A stretch of 64,000 bases of DNA, taken from contig JAYGCM010000087.1 in NCBI GenBank assembly GCA_046583355.1, positions 1 through 64,000 on the forward strand, in the 5' to 3' direction. Below, one piece after another: positions 49,818 through 59,902 of this stretch. This DNA is from Deltaproteobacteria bacterium. GTDB lineage: Bacteria; Desulfobacterota; Binatia; UBA12015. Position numbers and translations under genes: made by a program. Every line of letters begins with the position of its first letter. The stretch's first letter is position 1. The notes under the pieces are model-generated. The model saw only the letters and a program-made list of their open reading frames with translations. It was not told the origin of the DNA and made no database searches.

Positions 49818-52436
49818 TCAGCCGTCCGGGGTCCGTGGCAGAAGTACGCGCAGGGAGGCGCCGCCGGATTCGCTTGCTCCGGCGGTAAGCGTTCCGCCGT
49901 GACTCTTGATCGCACCGTAGGCGATGCTGAGCCCCAAGCCGGTTCCTTGGCCGACATCCTTGGTCGTGACGAAGGGCTCAAAGAGCCGATCCGCCACGTC
50001 GGCGGCGATACCGGGCCCGTTATCGTTGATGCGGACCTCCAGCTGGTTGCCGGCGATGGCCGCCAAGGTGATCTCGATGCACGGGTTTTCGGCCAGGCGA
50101 ATGGCGTCGAGCGCGTTGGCGATCAGGTTCATCCAGACCTGCCCGAGCGTGGCGGAGTCGGCCTCGATCGGCTGCAGCTCGGCAAAGTTTCTTTTGACCA
50201 GGACGCCTTCGGCGCGGATGCGCGGACCGAGCAGGCGCAGGGTGGCGTCGAGGCTGGCGCCGATATCGGTGGCCGCGCGGTCGCCGCGATCTTTGCGCAC
50301 GAAGACCTTGAGCTCGCTTACGGTGCGTTCGATCCGCTCGGCACCCTCATTGCAGATGCGCAGCAATTCGGGTGTCTCGCGCAGAATATCGTCGAGGTTG
50401 CGGCCGGCCCGCGCGGCATCGAGCCGCTCCAGCAGGGTTGGATCCGAGACCGGAATATCCCGGTAGATCGCCAATATATCCCCCAACACGGAGAGGAATT
50501 CCGTGAGGATCTGCAGGCTGCCGCGCACGAAGCTCGCCGGGTTGTTGAGTTCGTGCGCCGCACCGGCGACGAACTCGCCCAAGGAGGCGAGCTTCTCGGA
50601 TTGTACCAGCTGGGCCTGGGCGTTCTTGAGCTCATCATAGGCATCGGCCAACTCCGAGGTCCGTTGCTGGACCTTGAGATCGAGGTCACGGTTGAGCGTC
50701 TCCAGGTCCTCATAGGAGCGCGCATTTTGCAGAGCGATGGCGGCCTGATGGCTGAGTGTTCGTAGCAGGTCGACTTCGGCCGAGGGTATCTCGCGCCCCG
50801 ATCGTTTGGCGCCCAGCGCGAGCAGGCCGATGCTCGCGCCGCGCACCATCAGGGGGAAAGCCACCCGCGCCTCGAGCGCCGCCAAGGCGTTGGCCGCCTC
50901 TGGTTCCTGCACTCGCAGCGCCGGCAGAATCCGTTCGGTATCGGCCGTCTCGCTGGCTTCGCCGAGCCAATGCGCGGCTGCCAATAATCCGCTGCCGGCT
51001 GTGGCTTCGCGCAACTCGGCGTTGGGTGCTTCGCGGCGCCATCGTTGGCCGCCCTGGTCGCCAGCAAGCACGAGTGTGGCCGAGGTGAGTTCCAGCGAGT
51101 CGGTTGCCAGGGTGGCGACGCTCGCCGCGATTTCGCGGCGGTCGAGCAGGGTGGTCAGGCTCTCGCTTAGCGCGGAGATGGTATGGCTATGGTCGATAGT
51201 GCTGCGAAAGAAGGCACGGTCGATGGCGACCTGGACCGCGCGGCGCAGCGGGTCGAAAAGAAAGGCCAGTAGAATGACGAACGCGCCGCCGATGAGCGCT
51301 TGGTCATCGCGCGTGGCGTTCGGCAGGAGGCGACCGGGGACGAGAATCGCGAGCGCGTAGCCGGCCAGAAGGATTGCGCTGAGAACACCATAAACGAAGC
51401 TCTGGCGGACCACCCGGTCGATTCCGAAGAGTTCGTGGCGGGTGATCGAATAGCCGAGGCTGCCATAGAAGATCAGGGTCGCGACCAAGGGAAGTTGCAC
51501 TGGGAAATTGCCGCCCGACCAGGCGTTGTTCAAGAAAGCGAAGAGCATCGCCGTCGTCCCCAGGACCAGACCCGGCAGGAGCGCCGCGATGCGTGCGCGG
51601 ACCATTCGGTTGCGGTTCTCGACCCAGGCAGCGGCCATCGCCACGACAAAAAGGACGATGCTGATGGCGCTATAGACGTAGGCGATGCGCAGCGGGAAGA
51701 GGTCGGGTGGCTCGGCAAAATAGCCGCGCAAGGCAGCGGTCATCAATACCAGACTCAGCAGATAGGGCAGGACGCGGAGGATCCGCGTGCGCGCGCCAAA
51801 ATGGCGCTCGACAGGAAAGACAAGAGCCAGGTGGATGAAGGTCGCCGGGAAGAGGCATTCCAATGCGAGGCAGAGGCCGGCCAGCAGCAGTGGTTCGCCC
51901 TGGTGCAGGAAGACGGCGGTCAGCGCATAAAGACCACCGACGGCGGCTTGCAGGCGGAAGACTCGCGCCTGATGGCTGGTCGGCTGGAGTGCGGCGACGA
52001 TCAGGCCGACCAGGATCGAGATGATGCCGAAGCCGGTCGTGATGCCCCAGGTCTGGAAATAATCAGTCAGAGTCCAGGTGCGCGAACCGATGGTCTTCTC
52101 GAAACGCGTGCCGTTTTTGCGGAAGACGTAACGGAATTTGGTTCCGACCGGGGCAGCAATGACGCGCGCATAGACCTGCGCCCCCGAGGTGATGCTCTGG
52201 CCGTCCATCGCGACCACCTCGGCATGGAAGAGGGCGTCTTTGTCGCGTGGCCAATCGACCCCGCTCACGCTGGGAATCACCGCATTGGGCCCGACGAAGA
52301 ACCCTGGAAAGGGCTGGCCGAGCCAGCCGAGTCCGGTGGCGAGCGATAGGACGAGGATCGGCACGGCGACCAGGGCAAGCAGGAGGGAGGCGAGGTGGCG
52401 CCGGAGAAGGTGAGTGCGGCTTTCCTTGCTGTTCAT
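49818..52436 (-). CDS. Membrane sensor histidine kinase (TM, PDZ-like domain, multi-TM, GAF, HisKA, HATPase; NtrB type)
   Basis: EVVAMDGQSI PDZ-like segment, about 7 further TMs, GAF (PLMVRGASIGLLALG...LSHQAAIALQNA), AHELNNP, NLIANA, DNGPGI, GTGLGL. Confidence 0.9.
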   Translation of the reverse strand: MNSKESRTHLLRRHLASLLLALVAVPILVLSLATGLGWLGQPFPGFFVGPNAVIPSVSGVDWPRDKDALFHAEVVAMDGQSITSGAQVYARVIAAPVGTKFRYVFRKNGTRFEKTIGSRTWTLTDYFQTWGITTGFGIISILVGLIVAALQPTSHQARVFRLQAAVGGLYALTAVFLHQGEPLLLAGLCLALECLFPATFIHLALVFPVERHFGARTRILRVLPYLLSLVLMTAALRGYFAEPPDLFPLRIAYVYSAISIVLFVVAMAAAWVENRNRMVRARIAALLPGLVLGTTAMLFAFLNNAWSGGNFPVQLPLVATLIFYGSLGYSITRHELFGIDRVVRQSFVYGVLSAILLAGYALAILVPGRLLPNATRDDQALIGGAFVILLAFLFDPLRRAVQVAIDRAFFRSTIDHSHTISALSESLTTLLDRREIAASVATLATDSLELTSATLVLAGDQGGQRWRREAPNAELREATAGSGLLAAAHWLGEASETADTERILPALRVQEPEAANALAALEARVAFPLMVRGASIGLLALGAKRSGREIPSAEVDLLRTLSHQAAIALQNARSYEDLETLNRDLDLKVQQRTSELADAYDELKNAQAQLVQSEKLASLGEFVAGAAHELNNPASFVRGSLQILTEFLSVLGDILAIYRDIPVSDPTLLERLDAARAGRNLDDILRETPELLRICNEGAERIERTVSELKVFVRKDRGDRAATDIGASLDATLRLLGPRIRAEGVLVKRNFAELQPIEADSATLGQVWMNLIANALDAIRLAENPCIEITLAAIAGNQLEVRINDNGPGIAADVADRLFEPFVTTKDVGQGTGLGLSIAYGAIKSHGGTLTAGASESGGASLRVLLPRTPDG

Positions 52437-52448
52437 GGGAGATTCCGA

Positions 52449-52477
52449 TTGAGGGTGGTGAGCGTCGAGGATATAAT
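52449..52477 (+). promoter_or_regulatory. Sigma-70-type promoter of the response regulator
   Basis: TTGAGG-N17-TATAAT. Confidence 0.65.
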
Positions 52478-52531
52478 GCAGGCCTCGCGCGCTCGCGGAG
52501 ATTGCCCTAGAAGAGTATTGGGCCGTATCGC

Positions 52532-53971
52532 ATGGAAACCACCGACGCCAAACCCACGGTCCTCATCGTTGATGATGAGAAGGCCAGCACCGACCTGCTG
52601 CGGATCGGCTTGTCGCACCTCTACCCGGTGCTGACGGCCAACGATGGCGCGACCGCACTTTCTGTTTTGGCTGCACACCCCGAGATCACGGTGGCGATCA
52701 TCGACCAGCGTATGCCCGGCATGACAGGCGCCGAGCTGATTGCCGCTACTGCCGAGCCCTATCCGGACCTGATCCGGGTGATTCTCACCGGCTATACGGA
52801 CCTCGAGAGTCTGATCTCCTCGATCAATGCGGGTAGCGTCTACCGTTATATCACCAAGCCCTGGAACGCCGATGAGCTCCGTGGCGTGGTCGCGGCCGGT
52901 ATGGAATTGCACGCGATCCGTGCCGAGAACGCCGGCTTGACCAAGCAGCTGCGCGCGGTCAATGCCGACCTCCGCGATCAGAATGTCGAGCTGCGACGTG
53001 AGGCGCAGGGGCGCTGGCGCTTCGACGGCATCCTTGGCTCGAGCCCCGCTTTGGCGAAGACGCTCGCGCTGGTCGAGAAGGTCATCCGGACGGACGATAG
53101 CGTGCTGGTGCAGGGGCCGACCGGGTCGGGCAAAGAATTGGTGGCGCGAGCGATTCATTATAATGGTCGGCGCGCAGACGGCCCCTTTGTCTCGGAGAAT
53201 TGTGGGGCGCTCTCGCCCGAGCTGCTCGCGAGCGAACTTTTCGGCCATCGCAAGGGGGCTTTTACCGGCGCGACTGCAGACCGCAAGGGACTCTTCCAGA
53301 CGGCGCATGGCGGCACGCTCTTTCTCGATGAGATCGGCGAGTGCCCGCCGGATCTGCAGGTCAAGCTTCTGCGCGTCCTCGATCAGGGGGAGATCCGGCC
53401 GATCGGCGACGACACACCGATCAAGGTCGATGTACGCATCGTCGCGGCGACCCACCGCGACCTCGAGGAAGAAATCGCGGCCGGAAATTTTCGCGCCGAC
53501 CTCTACTACCGTCTGGCGGTCTTCATTGTGCCGGTCCCCTCGTTGGCCGAGCGTCGCGAGGATATCGCACTTCTGGCCGAGCATTTTCTGGCCGCTGCGG
53601 CGGCCGAGAACGGCCGCGATCTGCCCGGTTTCACTGCTGAGGCGCTTGCGCTCCTGGCCGCCTACTCGTTTCCCGGCAATATCCGCGAGTTGCAAAACGA
53701 GGTGCGGCGCGCGAGTGCCCTGGCCGAAGATGGTTGTTTCGTTACGCACGATCTTCTCTCGGAGCGGGTGCAAGGATCGCGCCCGGCCGTTGGCAGCGAA
53801 CTCGCCGCGGCGTCCGATGGCACGCTCAAGGGCGCCATGGAGCAATTCGAGTCCGGCCTTTTGCGTGATGCGCTGGCGCGAAACGAAGGAAATCAGACGA
53901 AAACGGCGGCGGACCTTGGTGTGTCGCGCCGGACTCTGGTCGAACGTATCCAGCGCTACGGCCTGCGCTGA
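52532..53971 (+). CDS. Sigma-54-dependent response regulator (REC-AAA+-Fis HTH, NtrC family)
   Basis: VDDE/DQRMP/KPW receiver; [40 protein letters not shown]. Confidence 0.95.
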   Translation: METTDAKPTVLIVDDEKASTDLLRIGLSHLYPVLTANDGATALSVLAAHPEITVAIIDQRMPGMTGAELIAATAEPYPDLIRVILTGYTDLESLISSINAGSVYRYITKPWNADELRGVVAAGMELHAIRAENAGLTKQLRAVNADLRDQNVELRREAQGRWRFDGILGSSPALAKTLALVEKVIRTDDSVLVQGPTGSGKELVARAIHYNGRRADGPFVSENCGALSPELLASELFGHRKGAFTGATADRKGLFQTAHGGTLFLDEIGECPPDLQVKLLRVLDQGEIRPIGDDTPIKVDVRIVAATHRDLEEEIAAGNFRADLYYRLAVFIVPVPSLAERREDIALLAEHFLAAAAAENGRDLPGFTAEALALLAAYSFPGNIRELQNEVRRASALAEDGCFVTHDLLSERVQGSRPAVGSELAAASDGTLKGAMEQFESGLLRDALARNEGNQTKTAADLGVSRRTLVERIQRYGLR

Positions 53972-53995
53972 GCGCCGCCCCTATAGAGTCCGGAG

Positions 53996-54045
53996 TGCGC
54001 GAAGATCTGCGCAATTCCCGTTCGGATTGCGCAACTCCCCGCGCT
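53996..54045. promoter_or_regulatory. Putative enhancer (UAS) for a sigma-54 activator
   Basis: Two related boxes TGCGCGAAGATCTGCGCA and TGCGCAACTCCCCGCGCT, 32 bp apart; their inner halves form the inverted repeat TGCGCAAT-N10-ATTGCGCA. Confidence 0.5.
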
Positions 54046-54084
54046 CCCGCGCATGCCGGGCCTCGGATTCACGGCTCTTTTCGC

Positions 54085-54100
54085 TGGCACGGCGCATGCG
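54085..54100 (+). promoter_or_regulatory. Sigma-54 -24/-12 promoter
   Basis: TGGCACGGCGCATGCG matches TGGCACG-N4-(T/A)TGC with exact GG-N10-GC spacing. Confidence 0.75.
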
Positions 54101-54144
54101 ATGCCTCTACGTGGGACAGAACCCCCGCAGCAAGGGAGAATCCG

Positions 54145-54351
54145 ATGCCATCTACTCAGAACCCAACACCGATCCTGCCGTCGCCGCTCTGCGTCTTTCC
54201 GTTGAGTGACCAGCCCTCCGATTGCGCGAGCCGCCGCTTCCTGCCGCGCTGCCTGGTGCACAAAGTCATCTTGACCAAGAACGAAAGTGCTGCTGAGATG
54301 GCGCCACTCCCGCGGCCTTTGCGCACGCGGCGCCTATTGCGCGTTTCCTGA
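54145..54351 (+). CDS. Small 68-aa protein/peptide, first ORF of the sigma-54 transcript
   Basis: AAGGGAG SD before the ATG; stop is 2 nt before the next ATG; MPSTQNPTPILPSPLCVFPLSDQPSDCASRRFLPRCLVHKV...RTRRLLRVS. Confidence 0.55.
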   Translation: MPSTQNPTPILPSPLCVFPLSDQPSDCASRRFLPRCLVHKVILTKNESAAEMAPLPRPLRTRRLLRVS

Positions 54352-54353
54352 TC

Positions 54354-57300
54354 ATGATCACCCAACCGACATATACCCTTGCGGGCCTTTTTCTTTGCGC
54401 CGCCATGCTCCTTGCCGGCGGCGCACAGGCCTCCTGCGACCTTTTTCCGGGCGTCGAGAGAACTTATGACGGCGCGCTGGGCTCGGCCAACCGTCCCTGG
54501 GCGGCACCGGGGGAGAGCCTGGAGCTGCGCCATCGCAGCTGCGATGCCCAGGGCGCGGTACCGGCACCCTTGGGTTCTGCGAATGTCGTGACCATCGCCT
54601 ACCTTGAGCCGGGCGCCACCGGTGCTTCGCTGGTCGTCCTCACCGACTCTTGCGATGCGGCATTTGCGGCCGAGGTGGCGAGTTGTACCGCAAGCAAGGG
54701 CGTGGCGGCGGCGCTTTGCGCCGAGACTGATAGCCTGATGAATGCCGGCGCGAGTAGCCTGCGTTTCGCCTTTCCCGACGCCGTCGCGCTTTTCGGTGGG
54801 GCCGGGCTCGCGGGCGCCACACGGATTGCCGTGACCCGGCGCGGCGACGCCGTGCCCTGTGATCTCGCGCGGCGTAGTTGTGACGAGATCGCCGGTGTCG
54901 ATATCTGCGTCGGTGCTTTGTTCGCGGACGCGGGGGCCTGCGATACGGGTACGCCGGCCTCGCTCTTCACGCATTTTACCGCTCTGCCGCGCCCCAACGA
55001 GTTCAGCGCGGCCTGCTTCCGCGACGAGGGACTTTGTGCGGCAACCGAGAATGAGCTCCGCTTCGTCGCCGACCAGGGCGGTAACCTGTTCTTGCCGGTT
55101 GATTGGAGCGGTGTCCTCGCCGAGCAGGATGATTTCCCCATTCCGCGCCTGGTCCGGGCCACGATCGACTCGCCGATTCCTTTCCGGATTCCCGACGAAG
55201 TCTTTGTGGCTTCCTTCACCTCTGATGGTGGCCGATTGCCGCCGATTTTCACACCACTCTTCGAGCCCAGCGCGACCGGCGACCCGGATAAGGTCGTCTT
55301 CTTCGGCTCGGCCGACGCGCCGTATACGATTCTGCGCTTCGCACACCGTCACGGTACCTGTCAGGGCGGCACGGAAGATGGCGAACTTTGTGAGGATGAA
55401 AGCACCTGCTCGGGTAGCGGCGCGGTCTGTGAGTTGGCTTGTGTGGACAACGCAGCCGAGCTCTGTCGCCGGGATTCCGATTGCTTGACAGGCGCCTGCG
55501 GCGCGCTTTTCGATGCCTCACTCTTCCTCCAGGCGACGGCGCCCTTCGCGCTGCCGCGTCCGGGGCCGGGGGTCTGCCAGTTGCCGCCGCATGATGCGTG
55601 CACGCTCGACGCCGATTGCCCGGCGAGCGGCGATGCCTGCGTTTTCTGGGCTTTGGAGGCCGGCGACGCCGTACCGCTGGACGGCATCTTGGAGACCGAC
55701 GAACTCTGGGCGTTCACCTTTGATGAGTCCATCGACGCGACCGATCGCAATGGCGACGGAGATACGGAGGATACGGTCGTCACGATACGTTCGCGTGCCA
55801 CCGCAGCCGTGACCGAGCTGGATCTTCCGGCGGCTTGTGGCGTCGGCCAGGCGGAGGGGCGCACGACGATGCGATTGCTGATCGGAGATTTTGATTTTCC
55901 TGCCGTCGCCGCGGAGGGCGAGCGCATCGCTTTTCTTGAGCCGGAAACCGATTTTGCCAGCGGCTGCGATATCGATTCGGACGGGACTCCCGCCGGCATC
56001 GCTTTGAGCACGACCGCATTGGCGGATGCAGGCCGGGTCTTCTCGGCCGGTGCCTCGGTGGACCCGGCTCTGCAGGTTGATGGCGGCGCTTTCGCGCTCT
56101 CGGGCGGCTATGCCTTCGCCCGCTTCGGTGCGATCGGTGGCGGGGCTGCCACGATCGGTGTGCTGGAGGGCAACGGTGCTTTCGCGACTTTCTGCCGTGC
56201 CGATGCCGTCGCGACCGCCGATGGCGTGGCCGCCTTCCTGCGGCCCGAGTCGGCTGTTGCGGGCAACGTGGCGTGCCCGGCTGGGCCGCTCAATGGCGAC
56301 GGCGACGCAAGCGATACGGTCGTCCATTTGCTGGCCCGCGCCAGCCACGATGGTTCCTGGACCGTGCAGAACCTCGGCCTGGCGGCCACGGCGGTCGACC
56401 TCTCAAGGGGTTGGGTAGCCGCGCTTGTGCCGGAGAGCGGCGAGCCCGGCTCCGGCAACGGCGATGGCGACAGCGACGACTCGGTGGTTTATTTGCGCGA
56501 GCGTTCGGCCGGCGCTTCCTGGCAGAATGTCGGCCTCGCCGCCGATCGTCTTCTGCTTGTGGGCGATGTGGTGGCCTTCCGAGTTCCCGAAGCCGATCAG
56601 GCGGGTACCGATCTGAACCAAGATGGCGACGCTCTGGATCGAGTATTGCACGCGATGGTGGCCGGGCGGCCGCCGGCAAACGCGCTTGCCCCGGCGGTCG
56701 ATTTCGTCCTCGGTACCGAGGCCGTGATGTGCGCCGGCAGTGACCGCATCGTACAACCCCTCGCGTTTACGACCAAGGCCGATATGAACGATGACGGCTT
56801 GGCCGACGAGGTCGAATTGCAGATCTTCAACGCCGCGACCGATGCGAATGGTTTTCTTGAGACCATGGTCGTGCGCACTGGCGCGGCCGTGCATGCTTGT
56901 GATTCTTACGCTTGCGACCCGCGCGAGCCCTTCCATGTGCAGGGTCATGAGATCCGCTTTCTCACCAACGAGGCTGACCAAGGCGTGGATCTGGACGGCG
57001 ATGGCACGGCCGATGATATTGTCCTGCAAATTTTTGATAGCTGCGCTTCCCGCACGCGGACGGTGGGTGCCTTCGACGAGGAACTCCTAGGTGCGCGGAA
57101 TCCGCTGGCGGCGCGGCCCTCGATTGTCTCGGGCGAAGTCCTGGTGCAGCAGGCCGGCCGCTGTGTCGAGCCATGGCCCGTCTGCTCGTTCGGGCAGGAA
57201 TGCCGGTGTCCGAAAGGTACCCTGCCGGCCGCAGGTGTGGTCGCGGGTAGCCCCGTCTGCGTGCATGTGGCGCCTGCGAGTTGCGACGAGGCGGCCGATT

Positions 57301-58142
57301 GCGGCAAGGCGGCTTCAGGCTTGGTGACCTGTGAAATGCGTCGCGTGGCGATTGCGGTGCAGACGGCCGATGACGACGGGGATGGCATCATCGACTCGAG
57401 GGATGATTGTGATGCCGACGGACTCGTGGGTGAATGCGTTGATGGCCTGCTCTGCCGCAAGGCGAAGGAGCGCAAGCGCCAAAGCGGTATTGATGAGCTG
57501 CGCGTGGTGGATGCCTTGGGCACACATATGGTCACACCGCGCTCGGTCGAGGTGGCCTGCCGCGCTACCGGACTCAGCGGTGCGGCGGTCAATGAGGCCG
57601 ATCGTTTGGTCAGTCGCTGGCGGATCCACACCGAGAGTTTCACGAAGATCGGCGGGGTGCGCGCCAAGGATCGTTTCGGTTTGCATGAGTTGGTCATTCG
57701 CCGCCCCTCGAGTCTTTTGCTGCCCGCAAACGAAGGTGCGGAGGCACCGGGCGTGCTGAATCGCGGCTACCAATGTTACGATGTTCGCGAGGCCCGCCCG
57801 CAGGTGAAATCGCGCAAGTTGACGCTTGCCGGCAGCGGGGAATCGGCCGCGACGCGCGCGCGCTATACGCTGAGCAGGCTCAAACGGCTCTGCCTTGTGG
57901 CAGGCGTCGGCCCTGCGGCCACGGTGCCCGACGGAACGTCATGGCTGTGCTACCGCGCCAAGCCGCAGGTCCGCCGCGCCGCGCGTCCCTGGACGGATGG
58001 AGCGACCGGAATGACCGACCTCCTTGGCGAGCATATCGTGAAGCTGGGTAGCGAGCGCGAAGTCTGCGTACGCGCGAAGATCAGCCTGGCCTCCCTCGGC
58101 GCCGGCCGCTCTCTGTTGACTTCGCGCCCGGACTGGCGCTAG
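54354..58142 (+). CDS. Large secreted Cys-rich protein with repeated Dx[DN]xDG Ca-binding loops and C-terminal repeats
   Basis: Signal peptide ending AQA; about 8 Dx[DN]xDG-like loops; Cys knots; about 4 basic C-terminal repeats. Confidence 0.85.
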   Translation: MITQPTYTLAGLFLCAAMLLAGGAQASCDLFPGVERTYDGALGSANRPWAAPGESLELRHRSCDAQGAVPAPLGSANVVTIAYLEPGATGASLVVLTDSCDAAFAAEVASCTASKGVAAALCAETDSLMNAGASSLRFAFPDAVALFGGAGLAGATRIAVTRRGDAVPCDLARRSCDEIAGVDICVGALFADAGACDTGTPASLFTHFTALPRPNEFSAACFRDEGLCAATENELRFVADQGGNLFLPVDWSGVLAEQDDFPIPRLVRATIDSPIPFRIPDEVFVASFTSDGGRLPPIFTPLFEPSATGDPDKVVFFGSADAPYTILRFAHRHGTCQGGTEDGELCEDESTCSGSGAVCELACVDNAAELCRRDSDCLTGACGALFDASLFLQATAPFALPRPGPGVCQLPPHDACTLDADCPASGDACVFWALEAGDAVPLDGILETDELWAFTFDESIDATDRNGDGDTEDTVVTIRSRATAAVTELDLPAACGVGQAEGRTTMRLLIGDFDFPAVAAEGERIAFLEPETDFASGCDIDSDGTPAGIALSTTALADAGRVFSAGASVDPALQVDGGAFALSGGYAFARFGAIGGGAATIGVLEGNGAFATFCRADAVATADGVAAFLRPESAVAGNVACPAGPLNGDGDASDTVVHLLARASHDGSWTVQNLGLAATAVDLSRGWVAALVPESGEPGSGNGDGDSDDSVVYLRERSAGASWQNVGLAADRLLLVGDVVAFRVPEADQAGTDLNQDGDALDRVLHAMVAGRPPANALAPAVDFVLGTEAVMCAGSDRIVQPLAFTTKADMNDDGLADEVELQIFNAATDANGFLETMVVRTGAAVHACDSYACDPREPFHVQGHEIRFLTNEADQGVDLDGDGTADDIVLQIFDSCASRTRTVGAFDEELLGARNPLAARPSIVSGEVLVQQAGRCVEPWPVCSFGQECRCPKGTLPAAGVVAGSPVCVHVAPASCDEAADCGKAASGLVTCEMRRVAIAVQTADDDGDGIIDSRDDCDADGLVGECVDGLLCRKAKERKRQSGIDELRVVDALGTHMVTPRSVEVACRATGLSGAAVNEADRLVSRWRIHTESFTKIGGVRAKDRFGLHELVIRRPSSLLLPANEGAEAPGVLNRGYQCYDVREARPQVKSRKLTLAGSGESAATRARYTLSRLKRLCLVAGVGPAATVPDGTSWLCYRAKPQVRRAARPWTDGATGMTDLLGEHIVKLGSEREVCVRAKISLASLGAGRSLLTSRPDWR

Positions 58143-58209
58143 ATTTGGCTGGTCAGCCCCCATTGTGGCGCATTCCTGCGCCTAGCTGTCGGGGCAGAGG
58201 GACCGGCTC

Positions 58210-59892
58210 ATGCAGCATCGAAATTCGTTCGTCTGGCTACTTTCTCTTTTCCTCACCACGCTGATGGCGTGCGGCGGAAGCGATGCGCCTTTGGCGGTCG
58301 ATCCGAACTCGACCGCCGGGACCTGCGACGATGATTTCGAGAGCACCTTCGAAGCCATCCAAACCGTGCTCTTTGTGAACCAGGGTTGCACGGTGTCGGC
58401 CTGCCACGGCAGCGCTGCCGTCGGCGGTCTGGACCTGCGAGCCGATGCTGCCTACGCAGCCTTGCTCGCCGACTCGCAAGGCAGTGATCTGGCCCGCGTC
58501 GAGCCGACCAAGGTCAATAAGAGCTTTCTCTTCCATAAGCTCGCTGCCGCGGCGGCACCTGAGTTCCTGACCGAGCCGATTGCCGGCAGCGCCATGCCGA
58601 TCGGCGGCGCGATCACGACGGACCAATTGGAGGCGCTTCGTCTCTGGATCGAGGTCGGGGCTCCCGAGACGGGTGTTGTCGGCGATGAATTCGGCGGCAC
58701 CCGGATTGCCGATCTTCTCGGCACCTGCCTGCCGCCGCCGGTGCCGGTAGAGCTCGAGCCTCTGCCAGCGCCTGCGCCGGACGCCGGAATTCAGATGGTG
58801 CTGCCGCCGCATGCGGTCAAGGCCGGTGCTGAGCTCGAGATTTGCTATGGCGAATATTACGATTTCCGTCCTCAGATTCCCGACGAGTTCGAGACCGAAG
58901 ACGGAAACTGGTTCTACGTAAACGGCCAGGCGGGGCGTGCTGACCCCAATACCCATCATCTCACATTGAGCTTCTCGGGCTTTCGCGCCGACCGGGTCGC
59001 CGCACCGGAATATGGCACCTGGATTTGCGGTGGCGGTGCGATGCATGGCGAAGAATGCGACCCCTTGATCGCGGATTTCTGCGGCGAGGGCCGCTGCCAT
59101 AGTCAGATTTCTCCCGCGGTTGCTTGCATCGGCTACGGCCCCCCCGGCGGCGGCGACGGCGCGAACCCGAACAGTCGCGTGAATGCCAGTAACGGCCGTG
59201 ACGGATTCTTCGCCAAATTCCCTTCACACGGAATTTTCTATTGGAACTCGCATGCCTTCAACCTCTCCTCGCAGGATCTGATGCACCGCAGCTGGCACAA
59301 TTACTACTTTACGAACGATCTGCGTTTCGAAGAAGTGGGTTTCCAGGATACCAGCTCCATCTTTATTGCGAATGGCACGCCGGCCTTTACCCGCCAGGAG
59401 TATTGCGCGGATTATGTATTGCCGCGGGGCACGAAGCTCCTCGCGCTCGTCTCGCATACGCATAAGCGTGGTGAGCGCTTCACGATGGAGATCGAAAGCA
59501 CGGGCGAACAGGTCTACGACAATCCCTTCTGGGATGATCCGACGGTCACAAGGTACGACCCGGCCCGGCTTTTCGATTCCGAGGACCCCGCCGATCGTAC
59601 GATTCATTATTGTGCTGTCTACAATAATGGAGTGAAGCCCGACGGTTCCTTCGATGTGGATCTGGTGAAGCGCTGTTCGCGTGCGCCGGAACGCTCGGCT
59701 TGCAGGGCGACGCATTGCGCCGAAGGGTTGGTCGGGGAGACTTGCGGCGGCGTCGGCGATGACGCGAGTTGCGATACCTCACCGGGCGCCGGCGACGGCT
59801 TCTGCGATGCGGGGTCGATCACCGGAGGACTGACCAGCGATGACGAGATGTTCATCGCGCTGGGCACTCAGTTGATCGAGGCTGAAGAGTGA
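58210..59892 (+). CDS. Lipoprotein: N-terminal cytochrome-c-like domain plus copper type II (PHM/DBM-like) monooxygenase domain
   Basis: Lipobox LMAC; CTVSACH and AMP...LWIEVGA; THHL, NSH, SHTH and DEM copper-ligand pattern. Confidence 0.7.
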   Translation: MQHRNSFVWLLSLFLTTLMACGGSDAPLAVDPNSTAGTCDDDFESTFEAIQTVLFVNQGCTVSACHGSAAVGGLDLRADAAYAALLADSQGSDLARVEPTKVNKSFLFHKLAAAAAPEFLTEPIAGSAMPIGGAITTDQLEALRLWIEVGAPETGVVGDEFGGTRIADLLGTCLPPPVPVELEPLPAPAPDAGIQMVLPPHAVKAGAELEICYGEYYDFRPQIPDEFETEDGNWFYVNGQAGRADPNTHHLTLSFSGFRADRVAAPEYGTWICGGGAMHGEECDPLIADFCGEGRCHSQISPAVACIGYGPPGGGDGANPNSRVNASNGRDGFFAKFPSHGIFYWNSHAFNLSSQDLMHRSWHNYYFTNDLRFEEVGFQDTSSIFIANGTPAFTRQEYCADYVLPRGTKLLALVSHTHKRGERFTMEIESTGEQVYDNPFWDDPTVTRYDPARLFDSEDPADRTIHYCAVYNNGVKPDGSFDVDLVKRCSRAPERSACRATHCAEGLVGETCGGVGDDASCDTSPGAGDGFCDAGSITGGLTSDDEMFIALGTQLIEAEE

Positions 59893-59902
59893 CGCGCGCT
59901 TC

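Noticed and set aside
58167..58183. Sigma-54 promoter before the copper monooxygenase gene (TGGCGCATTCCTGCGC)
   Set aside because: GG-to-GC spacing is 9 or 11 nt, not the required 10.
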